The position numbers and the translations under genes were made by a program. Positions 13,346 through 32,182 of a DNA stretch of 64,000 nucleotides are shown one piece after another. Positions within the stretch are counted from its first letter, which is position 1; every line of letters begins with the position of its first letter. The stretch lies in assembly GCF_009914755.1 (NCBI RefSeq), contig NC_060930.1; one strand, 5' to 3'. The notes below the pieces were generated by a model. That model saw only the letters and a list, made by a program, of their open reading frames with translations, was not told where the DNA came from and ran no database searches. Origin of the DNA: the human T2T-CHM13v2.0 reference genome, Homo sapiens.

Positions 13346-14659
13346 AGAAAATAAGCAAGCAATCAGAAAAAAAACTGCCAAAAACTAAAACTAATTTTGA
13401 AAAGAATGATAAAAACGTTAAAGCCTTAGGAAGACTAGATGATAAAAGAGAAGACCCAAATTACCATCCTTAGGAGTGAATTGGTACACATCTTCAGACA
13501 TTAAAATAAGATATTATGTGTGACTTTATGTCGAAATTAAATTAATTGAGCAACTAAGTAAAATAATTCCTTGAAAAACATCTTATCAAAGCTAAGAGGA
13601 AGAAATTGAAAATCTATCAAAAACCTTTCTTAAAAAGACATTACAAAAATTATAAGCTAACATCTCTCATAAACATAATTTCAAAAATCTAAAAACTTTA
13701 GCTATACTTTCTATTTTGTGTGAATGCTCTTGCCAATGCTATTAGTCAAGATAAAGTTGTAAAGGACTGGAAAGGAAGAGGCAACCATATCATTATTCGC
13801 ATACAACATGATTATGTCTATAAACAAACTAGTAGAAATAGTAAGTAAACTTTGCAAAGACACTTGATAAAAAGTCATTATGAAAAATGCTCTTTTATAT
13901 AACAAAGATAGATAATGTTTTATAAAAATTCTTTATATGTCTCAAAATCATCATATACCTAGGAATGAATTAATGAAACATTGTAAGCTTTATACAATAA
14001 AAGCTAAAGAATTTGAGAGAAATTAAAGATGACCTAAAAAAATGCAAGCATATATCATGCTCATGGACACTGTAAAGATACCAATTTTTCCCAAATCAGT
14101 CTTCAGGTTCAACGTAATTTCAATCAAAATGCAAGCAATTTTTCTGTGGAAATTTACATAGAAATGCAAAGAGCAAAGAATAGCCTGGAAGATCTTTAGG
14201 AAAGAGAGAGAAGCCAAATGCTTAAACAACCAGAAAAGTGTATTCATTGTAAACTGAAAAAATGAGGTATTTGTGTAGGTATAAAATAATGGACCGGTGG
14301 ACCAGAATAGAGAACCTAGAAACAGACCTAAACATATCATCTGGTTCATGACAAATGTGACAAAACAGTACTGTTTGGAAAAAATAACATTTTTAATAAA
14401 TGGTGTTGCATGTAGGAGAAAAGAGAAAGGTTTGCTAGATCCCACGCCATCTTACCAACACAAGAACATACTCCAGCAACTTTCCCCTCTCTCAGTTAGA
14501 TATCCATCAAAGAAAACGATGAACCTTGACCCTTACTTCAGTCCAGAAGCAAAAATTCAATTCCAGATAGACTGTTAACTAAATACAACAGTTAAAACAA
14601 TACATATATTAGAAGAAAACATAATATTTTTATGACCTTGAGGTAGGCAAACATTTATT

Positions 14660-15263
14660 TCTGTTTTGTTTTTTTAGAGTTTTAGAGACAAGGTCTCGCT
14701 CTGTCACCCAGGCTGAAGGACAGTGGCTCACTGCAGCCTCAAACTCCCAGTCTCAAGCTATTCTCTCACCTCAGCCTCCTGAGTAGCTAGGATGACAGGC
14801 ACATACCATCACACCTAGCTGATTTTTTATTTCCTTTTTGATACAGAGTCTTGCTCTGTCTTGCTCTGTCAGGCTGGAGTGCAGCAGCACGATCTCAGCT
14901 CACTGCAAGCTCTGCCTCCTGGGTTCACGCCATTCTCCTGCCTCAGCCTCCTGAGCAGCTGGGACTACAGGTGCCCGCCACCACGCCTGGCTAATTTTTT
15001 GTATTTTTAGTAGAGATGGGGTTTCACTGTGTTAGCCAGGATGGTCTCGATCTCCTGACCTCATGATCCACCCACCTTGGCCTCCCAAAGTGCTGGGATT
15101 ACAGGCGTGAGCCACCATGCCCAGCCACACCTAGCTGATTTTTAAAAAAAATTTTGTGGAGATGGGGGTCTCACTATGTTGCTCAAACCTGGCCTCCAGA
15201 AATCCTCCATCTTTAGCCTCCCAAAGCACAGGGATTACAGGCATGAGCTGCCATGCCTGGCCC
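14660..15263 (-). mobile_element. AluJ split by a nested AluY
   Basis: Right arm 14680-14827 and left arm 15127-15263, J-type. Confidence 0.9.
14828..15126 (-). mobile_element. AluY nested in the AluJ linker
   Basis: ctgcaagctc / cacgccattctcc / ttagccaggatgg Y diagnostics; 17-bp TSD acacctagctgattttt. Confidence 0.95.
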
Positions 15264-15410
15264 AACAAAGATTTCTTAAACAGGACAAGAAAACTCTAAC
15301 CATAATTAGACTACTTAAAAATTAAGAACTCTTAAAATCATAGCATTAAAAGAGTGAAAAACCAAGGCACAGAGTGGGAGATGTTTGCAATAAACATATA
15401 TGACAAAGGA

Positions 15411-16099
15411 TTATTAGCTTTCTTTTGCTACCAAAATAAATCACCAAAAACTTAACAGTTTAACAACAGACATTTATTATCTTACAGCCCTGCAGGTCAG
15501 GACAAGATTCATTCATGAGTCTCACTGTGCTAAAATCAAGGTGTTAGCAAGGCTGCATTTCTTTCTGGGGCCTCGAAGTGCGGTGGAATTCATTTTGTTG
15601 CTCATCAGGTGGTTGGCAAATTCAGTTGCTTGCAGTTGTAGGATCAAAGTCCCTATTACTATGCTGGCTGTCAACTGAGACCATTCCGAGTTTCTAAATG
15701 CTGCCATATTTCTTGACTCATGGACCCTTCCTCTATCTTCAAAGCCAGCAACGGTGAGTCAAGCACTTCTCACATCACGTCTCTCTGGGGCCCTCTTCTG
15801 CATTCTTCTTCTACTCTGAAGGATTCATGATTAGATTGAGCCCCTAGATAACCTCCATCTCAAGGCCCTTAACCTTAATCCAATCTTCAAAGTCTGTTCT
15901 CAAGGTCCTTAACCTTAATCCAGTCTTCAAAGTCTATTCTCAAGGTCCTTAACCTTAATCCAGTCTTCAAAGTCTATTCTCAAGGTCCTTAACCTTAATC
16001 CAGTCTTCAAAGTCTATTTTGTCATGTGAGGTAACATATTTACAGGTACCAGGGATTTGAATCTGAATATTTTTGGAGGCCCTTAACCTGCATACCACA
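15411..16099 (-). mobile_element. MLT1 (MLT1E/D-like) solo LTR
   Basis: gctaaaatcaaggtgttagcaaggctgc, cttcaaagccagcaacgg, terminal ataccaca. Confidence 0.85.
15858..16020. repeat. 40-bp minisatellite, 4 copies
   Basis: Unit caaggtccttaaccttaatccagtcttcaaagtctattct at 15861, 15901, 15941 and 15981. Confidence 0.98.
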
Positions 16100-16551
16100 G
16101 ATTCGTATCTAGAATATAAATATAACTTCTATAAATAAACATAGCAAAGATGCACACCTAAACTGCTCTATTTTTCCTATCATTATCTTCTAACATACTA
16201 TATATTTTACACATTAATTCTTTGGCTTTATGTTTCTCTCCTCAGCGTAAGCTATCCTTTCCATAAAAGCAGAGATCTTATATTTCAATGACCTCATGCA
16301 TAATATGAGTTGAGTGAATGAAGTAAATAAATTCATCAAACAGTACATCCTGAGATGTGTCTCTCTGTTTAATGATTATTAGAGCTCTCAGAGATAAACG
16401 ATAGGCTTTACCTCAAATACTATGTTCACAGCTAGCTCTTTATCAAAGAAAACAGACCAGAATTCCTAACTGGGTAGGTTCTCTATTATTCAGTTAAAAA
16501 AAATACCTGGCCAAAGATAAGTAAGAAAAGAATAACTTAGTCTTTGTTCTT

Positions 16552-17094
16552 CCAGAAAAAGGTTAACATAGCAGGCCTGACAGCTCTCTTTAGAAGGGCC
16601 TGCTTAGGAGGTTGGCCATTGACTAGCATCTGGGAAGCTGAGTTTCAGGTGTGTTCTCACGATTCCCTAACTGCTAAGCATATTTAATGTATCTGAACTA
16701 TGTGTGCAAACAATGAGGTTTATGTTGAATGCTCGCTTTTCTTCTGGGATTCTAGAAGTTTGGCATGTAGAGGGTGTCTATGTGACCACTGGGAAGTAAA
16801 AATTCTGAGGCTTGAATGTCTAATGAGCTTTCCTAATAAACAACATTTCACGTGTATTGTGATAATCTGATGCTAGAAGAATTAAGCATGTCCTGTGTGA
16901 CTCCATGGGGTGAGGACTCTTGGATGCTTACACTGGTTTTGTCTGGACTTTGCCCCATGTAGTCTTTTTCCTTTGCAGTTCTGTCTCTTTTTGCCATAAT
17001 AAATCTTAACCATTGAGTATAACCATATGCTAAGTCCTGTGGGCCATCCTAATAAATCACCAGACCTCAGGACGGTCTTGAGGACCCCGACACA
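16552..17094 (+). mobile_element. MER21 (MER21A-like) LTR
   Basis: aaaggttaacatagcaggcctga start; catgtcctgtgtgactcc; AATAAA; gaggaccccgacaca end. Confidence 0.85.
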
Positions 17095-17400
17095 CTTATC
17101 ATACATACATGAGGTAGTAGAAAGTTTGTAACATACTCTTCAAATTTTACATAGTAGCTCAGAAAATAAATATTCAGGTTGGAATGGAATACAGATACTG
17201 CAATTCATGGACTACTCCTTCATTAGAGAGATGCTGCAGTGACTAGGACAGAACTTGGGCATTTAGAATGGAAAGAATGTAAACTCAGTATGAATGCCTA
17301 ACTATCTGTAACTTTTTAAAATAATCTTTATGTGGGTTTTGCTGGTAAATCTGTTTTAGTTTATATAAAAGAACTAAATTTTATAGAATAACTTAATCCC

Positions 17401-17705
<305 letters not shown>

Positions 17706-17944
17706 TTTAATGTAATTAAGGTGTTCTAAAATACCTGAGCTGCTTCTGATTATCTGTACTAGTGTCCACAGAGATCAGGAGTATGCTATGCATATTGGAG
17801 TTGCTCAGGAAGGATCTGAGACAAAGTGAAGTACGACAGCCAAGTCTATAGGAGAAAATAGCTATACAACAATGGCTGAGAGTGACCATGCAGAAATATG
17901 ACACTGTTGCTACCAGGATGCTTGAATCTTCAGGAGGAGTCAGA

Positions 17945-18110
17945 AAATGAGGAAGATAAGAATTGAAAAACTATTAGGAACTATGCTCAGTTCCTAGGCG
18001 ACAGGATCAATCATACCCCAAATCTCAGCATCCCACAATATACCCAGGTAACAAACTTGCACACGTACCCCCTGAATCTAAAATCAAAGTTGGAATTATA
18101 TTTTTTTAAA
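17945..18110 (+). mobile_element. L1PB-type 3' end fragment
   Basis: ccaaatctcagcatc..aatatacccaggtaacaaac..gtaccccctgaatctaaaat. Confidence 0.8.
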
Positions 18111-18197
18111 AGACAAGCATATTCTTAAGTCTTCCAATGTTTAAATCTTGGCAACAAACTGAAAGAATTTTTCAAGTGGCCAAAAAAAACTATTCTA

Positions 18198-24600
<6,403 letters not shown>

Positions 24601-26160
24601 TGATTCTATGCTGTCTACCAGTTCAGAATCTCTCATGTCTAACATATGAAAATTCATGAATCTATGTGTTTAATTCATAGTATAAAACATGAACAAAAGA
24701 AGAAAAATATAAACCTAATTTCAATAGAAAAGTACCGCAAAGATCTAGGATCATTATGCAAAATCATCTTAGCAGCGATTTTCTTTCAGGTAATACAGTT
24801 AGAAAAGAGTTCACGAGCAGCAGCAAATAACATTAAAGCCGACAGCATCATTAGAGTAGTTTGAATAAATTAGCAGGACAAGAGGGTCCTGCTATTATTT
24901 CATTCCACAGAATAGCAACCTTTACTTTCACACAAATGCAAATTATATAGGCTATGTTTCTTTAGCCCAAGACACAAATATACAAGTGACTAGGCTCTTA
25001 GAAGAGCTGACTTATCTTCAGTAATCCAGCCCTCTCTCATCACCAAGATGGACGGTTCCAGAATTATGACTTGGCTGAAGATCTGGCCTGACCAGCATTG
25101 TGAAAATGCACTCAACCATTTTGGAGTTGTCAGGTATTATCTATAAATTTCAGACAATCATTTTGTCCCCTTGTCTTCTCTTACCATGTGCCTTTTCTCT
25201 GAGTTATTGACTTGCTCTCCAGATCAATCCAAGAAACATATGCCTTTGTAGAAATGGTTATTATATTTTCAGTAGGCTCTCAGTGGAAGTTTGAATCCTC
25301 TCCACTGGACTGCGGGTTCAAACATGATCTCACAATCTTGTCCATTTTGAATGTAATGTGATTCTAAATTGATCATTTATTTGCTTGTCCAGAAAAAGCT
25401 GAGCAGGAGATGGAAAAGCAACATAATCAGAAGTAAAAATGCTTATGTGATTATCTCAAATACACGTGTTGATGATAACTATTCTAGGCAGTTGATTTTG
25501 CTCTCCCTCCTTGTCTTCAAGGTTATATCTCAATAAAAAACCTCTCCTTACTAAAAATAAACCATTTTGTCTTTCAGAAATATTTCACAGATTTGTGCAA
25601 GGTCTTGTTTCTCATAGCATGACACTTCTAAGAGTTTACTTCTCAGGTTCTAGAGAAAACTAAAATGCTCAAAGAACTCCATCTCCAAATCAGGCATATA
25701 AATATGTATATTTATATATATATATACACACAGAGAGAATAGATCTATATTTATATATATATAGAATATATCAAGAATAGAAGACATTTGCTTTCTTACA
25801 GTGTGTGGTACAAAATATAATTGTATTACTCTATTATCTCCTTCTGTTATGTTTCTTTTAAAACGCATACCTTTTTATAATTTTGATAGGGCTAAATGTT
25901 AAGCTTTGGAAAATCTAAATAAAAGCTATATTGATCATTATTTGTTGAGGAAAATAGTTATTACCTCTTGAATTTTCGGAGTTACTTTAATGACAAAATT
26001 TTTACTAATAAAAATTACTAATAAGATACTGCATTTTACTAATATGAATATGGTACTATTTATTTTTTAAAGTAATATATGTTTTGTTCTGTAAATGACA
26101 TTTTACATCCTTGAGTATAGTAGTGGTTGAAGGTTTCCTGGTTTCCACAACATAGATATG

Positions 26161-28510
26161 TGCTATGGCTTAAATGTATTCGCTAAAGTTTATGTGTTCA
26201 AAACTTAATCTCCAGAGAAGTATTGTTGAGAGGGGGTCCTTTAAGAAGTGATTAGGTCATGAGGGCTCAGCCATCATGAATGGATTAATGCCTTTATTGA
26301 GGGAGAGGGTTAATTATCTCTGGTATGAGGTTCTGAAGAACAGAATTTGGCCTTTTCTCTCTCTCTGGAGCCTGCTCTCTTACTCTTGCACCTTCCGCCA
26401 TGGATGATGCAGCAATAAGACCCTTGCCAGATGCAGGCCCCTCAACCTTGGGCTTTCCAGCCTCCAGAACTCTAAAAAATAAATTTCTTTTCTTTATGAA
26501 TTACCCACAGTCCGTGGTGTTCAGTTATAGCAACACAGAAACGAGTAAGACAGAAAATTGGTACCAAGAAGCAGGGCTGTTGCTACAACAAATACTTCAA
26601 AGTGTGGAAGTGGCTTTGAAACCAGGTCATGGATAGAGACTGGAAGAGTTTGGAGGAGCAGGCTGGGAAAAGACTGTATTGTTGTGAAGGGAGTGTTCAC
26701 GGCAATACTGGTGAAGGCTCAGAAGAAAACAAGAGCTATAAGGAGAGCCTAAATCTTCTTAGGGATTACTTAAGTGATTGTGATCAGAGTATTTACTGGT
26801 AAAATGGACAATAATGTGTATTCTGATGAGGTCTCTGATGAAAATGAGGTTTTGAAAACTGGATGGAAGGCCATCCTTGTCATAAAGTCGAAAAGAATTT
26901 GGCTGAATTGTGTCCATGCCCAAGGGCTTTATGGAAGGTGGAATTTAAGGGCCATAACTAGGATATCTGGTGAAGGGAATTTTTAAGTAAAATATTGAAG
27001 GAGACTTATGGCTACATTTAACTGCATATAGGAAGATGCAGGTGGAATTTATAATTAAAAGAGAAGCAGAATGGAAAGATTTGAAAAATTCACAGCCTGG
27101 CCATATAAAGAATAAAACAAACATGTTTAGGAGAACAAACCAAGGGTTTAGCCAAGAAACCATTTGCTAAGGAGATTATGAAAGACCCCATAGATATTTT
27201 AGAGATCCTTGAGGCTGCTTTTCCATCACAGGCACAGAGCAAGGCCTTGAGGACAAGGTTTTCAGAGAGGGACCCATTGTGACCTCAGCATTTGCTACCC
27301 AGGGCCACCTCAGGGCTCGGCTCCCCACATCCCAGGGCAGAGCTCCTAAGATGTTCCATCTGGGATTCAAGTGGGCCCAGTTGTGGCCTGTGCCACAGTT
27401 CCCAAGGGAGCAAGCTGTGGGCCTTGGGCAGGATCCACATGTGCTGACTGCAGAAGCGAAGAGTGTACAAGCTTTAGGGCTATGGTGGCCTCCACCTAGA
27501 TTTGATGTTGTGACAACCTAGGGACCCAAGTCCCCACTTGTCACAGGGGTTGAGACACCATAGAGAGCCCCTACTAGGGCAATGTCTACTGTAACAGAGG
27601 GAGCAAGGCTACCTCAGAGACCTCAAAACTGTAGATCTACCAGCCTGTAACTCCAGCCTGAGAAAGCTGCAGGCATGAGACTCCAACTCATGAGAGCTGC
27701 TGGGTGGACTGAGCCTAGCAAAGCAATAGGGCAGGTCTATCCAAGGCCTTAGGGGCCTAACTCCCACCCCAGTGTGCCCAGTATGCAGCACATGGAGTCA
27801 AAGGAGATTATTCTCCAATGTTAAGTGATAATGTTGTTTTCCCCATTGGGTTTTAGATTTGGGACCAGATACCTTTTGTTTGTTTGTTTTGCCTATTTCT
27901 CCCTTTTAGAATAGGAATATCTATCTTAAACCCATCTCACCATAGTATTTTGGAAGCATATCACCTGTTAATTTCACAAGCCCATAACTGCAAAGGAATT
28001 TGCCTCAGGATAAATTGTGCCTTCAGTCTCACTCATATCTGACTCAGATGAGAATCTAGACTTTGAACTTTTGAACTGGTGCTGGAATATGTTAAGAGTT
28101 TGGGGCTACTGAGATGGAATGAAGATATTTTGCATGTGAGAATGACATAATTTTGGGAGCCAAGGTCCCAAATGCTATGGGTTTGAATGTATCCCCCAAA
28201 GTTCATGTGTTCAAAATTATCCCCAATGCAACAAGGTGATTAGGTCATAAGAGATTAATCCCATTATCTCAGGAGTGAGTTATCAAGGGAGTGGGCTCCT
28301 CATAAAAGAGTCTGGCCCTCTCTTGAGCTTGTTCTCTCTTGCACTTCTGCCTTCTGCCATAAGATGATGCAGCACAAAGGCCCTCACCATATGTTGGCCA
28401 CCTTGATATTGGACTTCCAGCCTCTAGAACTGGGAGAAATAAGTGTCTTTTCTTTCTAAATTACCAAGTGTGTGGTATTCTGTTTTGGCAACACAAAACA
28501 GACTCAGACA
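26161..28510 (+). mobile_element. Complete MST (MSTB2/MSTC-like) MaLR: 5' LTR 26161-26552, internal region, 3' LTR 28173-28510
   Basis: Two TGCTATGG...AGACA LTRs; internal region begins gaaaattggtacc; degenerate TSD atatg/gcatg. Confidence 0.92.
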
Positions 28511-28754
28511 GCATGACTGACAAATAACCAGTTTTATGCTTAAAAGGAGTCCTAAACTATGAGGAGTTACAGTTGAGATTAGTGGGGAAAATATTAAAAT
28601 TAAATCCAGCAGATGTAAGTTCTAGTTCTGGCTCAGTTATTGCTATAGGACTTTGTGGACATTTATCTTTTCTTCCCTGTGATAATTCAGCCTTAATTGA
28701 ATTAAATATACATTCAAGTGTATCTTCTTGGGGAACATAAAACAGCTAAGTAAC

Positions 28755-29255
28755 TGTATAGGACACAGTTAATTTACAATTAAACTGGGAAAAGTCTACC
28801 TTTATCTCTGGGGACTCTGAATGTCAAGTTTGACCACTGGCCCAAGATGAATGCAGTGAGATTTATGATGTGCAGTTTAACGTCCGAAATGACCCTAGAG
28901 ACTCTCCAGGGCTAGTTTGTTTACTGATAGTTTTTACCTGGTGTAACTTGTTAGCCTGGCTTGACTACATGACCAGAGGGTCATAAACACCCCCTCTGGG
29001 AACTTATGCCCTGACTCCTCACACAGACTTGGTAGTCTGGACACAAAATGTGTCCTTGGGCAAATAAGAACCCTGCAAAGCTTAGAGCTAGTTATCCATC
29101 AGACTCCAGACTCCCAGTGCCTGTCTGCACGCTTTCTCCCACTGCACTATTTTCCTATTAAAACAAAACAAAAACAAAAACAAAACCCTTGCATGAGTAT
29201 GCTCTGTTGAGTCTGGAGAGTCCTTTCAAATATCTGAACTTGTGGAATATTTGCA
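28755..29255 (+). mobile_element. MER21-group (MER68/MER77-like) LTR
   Basis: 3' part catgagtatgctctgttgagtctggagagtcctttcaaatatctgaac resembles MER21-group ends; attaaa poly(A) signal. Confidence 0.5.
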
Positions 29256-29951
29256 ATATCTAATGTACAGACTCTGGTTATCTTTTCAACATCACTGAAC
29301 AGGCATGGTCCGTGGAAATCAGCCTTTACAATTCCTCTTTCTGATCTTAGGGGTAACTTTGTGTAAGGTTCTACCATCAAATTATACTCTTCTCTTCTTT
29401 GGTTCACAAATGATTCTCATTTTGCAAAAAACTGTCCCTCAAATTAAAAAAATATATATTATCTTTTGTTTCTGTACTCTTTGACACCTACGTAGTATAT
29501 ACAATCACAATAATATTGATGGATATACTTACATAATACAACTAAAATATCATCGGTAAGTAAACATTAAATCTCCAAAATTCTGATAGATTTAATATTT
29601 CACAGATTTAAAATGTTAGCACATGGGAATCGACTTTGCCATGGAGTAGAACAGAGACATAAAAGTGAAGTTCCTAACAAGTTAAATGTGTGAGAATTTG
29701 GATATTTAACAAAAGCAATCAGCAAAGAATATATTTGCTGCAGATTAAAAACAAGGAGCTAAGAGAAACCACTGGGTAAAAAACAGACTGCACCTGGAAT
29801 ACCAAAGTAAACAAAAAGCAATTACTTAAAGATGCACTTAGTCATGCCCATCAATTAAAAAGGCCCATTTGGCATTTGCCCTTCTTTCAGCATGCTGGGG
29901 TCTGATGATCTGCATTAATGAGAAGTGTCTGTTGAATCCAGGTTAACTGCT

Positions 29952-30301
29952 TGTATATGTTTATTCTCATGCTGCAATGAAGAAATAACCAAGACTGGAT
30001 AATTTATCAAGAAAAGAGGTTTAATTGACTCACAGTTCCATGTGACTGGGAAGGCTACAACCATCGTGGAAGGTACCTCTTCACACGGTGGCAAGAGAGA
30101 GAATGAGTGCCTAGCAAAGGGCAAAGCTCCTTATAAAACCATCAGATCTCGTGAGAACTCACTTGCTATCGTGAGAACAACATGCAGGTAACGCCCCCAT
30201 GATTCAATTACCTCCCACCAGGTCCCTTCCAGGACATATGGGGATTATGCGAACTACAATTCAAGGTGAGATTTGGGTGGGGGCACAGCCAAACAATTTA
30301 A
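29952..30301 (-). mobile_element. THE1 (THE1C-like) solo LTR
   Basis: aaagaggtttaattgactcacagttcc; ttataaaaccatcagatctcgtgagaactcac; TSD ctgct on both sides. Confidence 0.95.
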
Positions 30302-31919
30302 CTGCTCCTACCAGAGTCCACCAGACAGGGGAGTGTTTAGTTCCAATGGCTAACCTATTCTCTGGCTATAAATTACACACAGTGAAATGAGTTCACTCTT
30401 CCAGAAAAGAAATTGTGAGAGTCAATGTCGTCTTTTAGGAAAAGGGGCAAACAGTGATCCTGGGAAATTTAAGGCAATAACATCCAGAAGTACCCACTGA
30501 ACTTCGAAGTTAATTCTGGGGCAGCCAGAAAGAATGAACAATCATCCATGAAGAAAAGGAAAAGCTCTGTCTTATCAGAAGAAGTATTTTTCCAAGTACT
30601 GGTATTCTGGTTTCCATCATGGCCTTCCTTTCCTCTTCTTCAGAGCACAATCAAACAGAGAATCATGTTTTTCTGTGACACTAATGACAACTCCATTCAC
30701 TAGTATACAGAAATGTGAAGAAGAATAATTCCTTTGCTAGTATTCTCTACTTTATCCATATAAATATTGACATATACCATGGGGACAACTAGAATTTAGA
30801 AGATTTTGTTTATTCATGGTATTTAAGTGAATTTTTAATTGTTTCAATAGTAATAGTTTTGTGTCATTTTTGGTTTGACGTTTCCCCAATACAAAATATT
30901 GTTACCTTCAATCTTATGTGCCTCAGGTGGAACAAGAATTATGGTGTTTCTGCTCCGTATAATTGCCTGGACATTGAGAGGCCTTGGACAGTACTGATTG
31001 AATCAAACAGAGAAAACCCAGGCTGTTTGCTCCTTAGCCACAATTATCACATGGTAGTATATTTTCTCAGTAAATGTTTTAGTTTTATAATTTTGTGACT
31101 TCATAATACCTGTACTAGCACAAATTAGGGTTACAAAAGGAAAACAGCAGGGTCAACTCTAAAATGTTCACTTGAGAGTAGTTCACTAAGCTGTGTTTAC
31201 CTAAGTATTTAAGAGCAGTAATGTTGCCTGTGCAGGATATAGTCTTTTAATCTAAGCCATTTCCATCTGTTATTTGCCTTGAACACTAAATATCTGTACA
31301 CAATTCAGCCAACCCTGCCACTAATGAGCAAAACTACTATTGGGCTTTGTCTGGGAAAGGATCTTAGAAGCTCCATATACCAGAGATAAATTTCCAAGTG
31401 TCCCAAAGGCTCTAAGAAGCAGTAGAGCCATTCACTGCCTACACAACTCAAGCTACAGGTGACATGCCCTATGCCCTAGTCATTTCCCCCACTTCATTCT
31501 CATCAATCTTGTTCACATGGGCTAGACACTTTTTCATTATTCTCTGCCTAATTTTCCCCAAGATGCCTTAATGTGCTTGATGCTTCCACTATGTCTTCCC
31601 TGTACCCCTACACTTTACCTAGCACCTGTTCTCCCAGATTATGACCTGCAGCCTTGAATTTCTCCTTTAGTTTGAGACTAGTTTGCATTTGTCACACTTC
31701 CATCCAAACTTAACGTGTCATATTTACTGTACTTCTTGAACTGACATTCCAGTTCTCATCACTGCCTTCTTTCCTGTTGAAATCCCCTCAAACCTCAACT
31801 CAGCCCCTTCCCTCCCAGCATGCTACTCAGCTGGTACCATGCTGTGCTTACTTAAAACTCTCCTATAAGTGGGCGCCACACTCCCAATCACACTTCCATT
31901 TAAAAATTCCTTTGATTAC

Positions 31920-32182
31920 TACATCCTGACTATTTGGAATAGTGCTGTAATGAAAATAGGAGTGCCAATATTTCTTTGAAATCTTGATTTTAATTCTTTT
32001 AGATAAATGTTCAGAAGTGGAATCGCTAAATCATATAGTTATATTTTTAATTTTTAAGGATCTTTAAACTGCTTTCCATAGTGGCTATACCGGCATGCAA
32101 GGGTTCCTGTTTGTATGGTACACTTAAAAATTTAAAAGGGTAGATCTCATGTTAAGTGTTCTTACCACAATAAAATAAAGTA
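31920..32182. mobile_element. L1MA/MB fragments in opposite orientation (antisense 31920-32108, sense 3' end 32110-32182)
   Basis: cagaagtggaatcgct..ttccatagtggctatacc (antisense ORF2 end) abuts gggtagatctcatgttaagtgttcttaccacaataaaataaa (sense 3' end). Confidence 0.75.

Larger units (their letters stand above)
13350..16160 (+). mobile_element. Old L1M ORF2 remnant, fragmented by Alus, an MLT1 LTR and a templated insert
   Basis: A-rich; ORF 14297 DQNREPRNRPK..FLING resembles L1 ORF2; colinear L1 pieces resume at 14494, ~15265 and ~16100. Confidence 0.8.

Noticed and set aside
15858-16020. 40-bp repeats as a CRISPR-like array
   Set aside because: Head-to-tail units with no spacers, derived from MLT1 sequence in primate DNA
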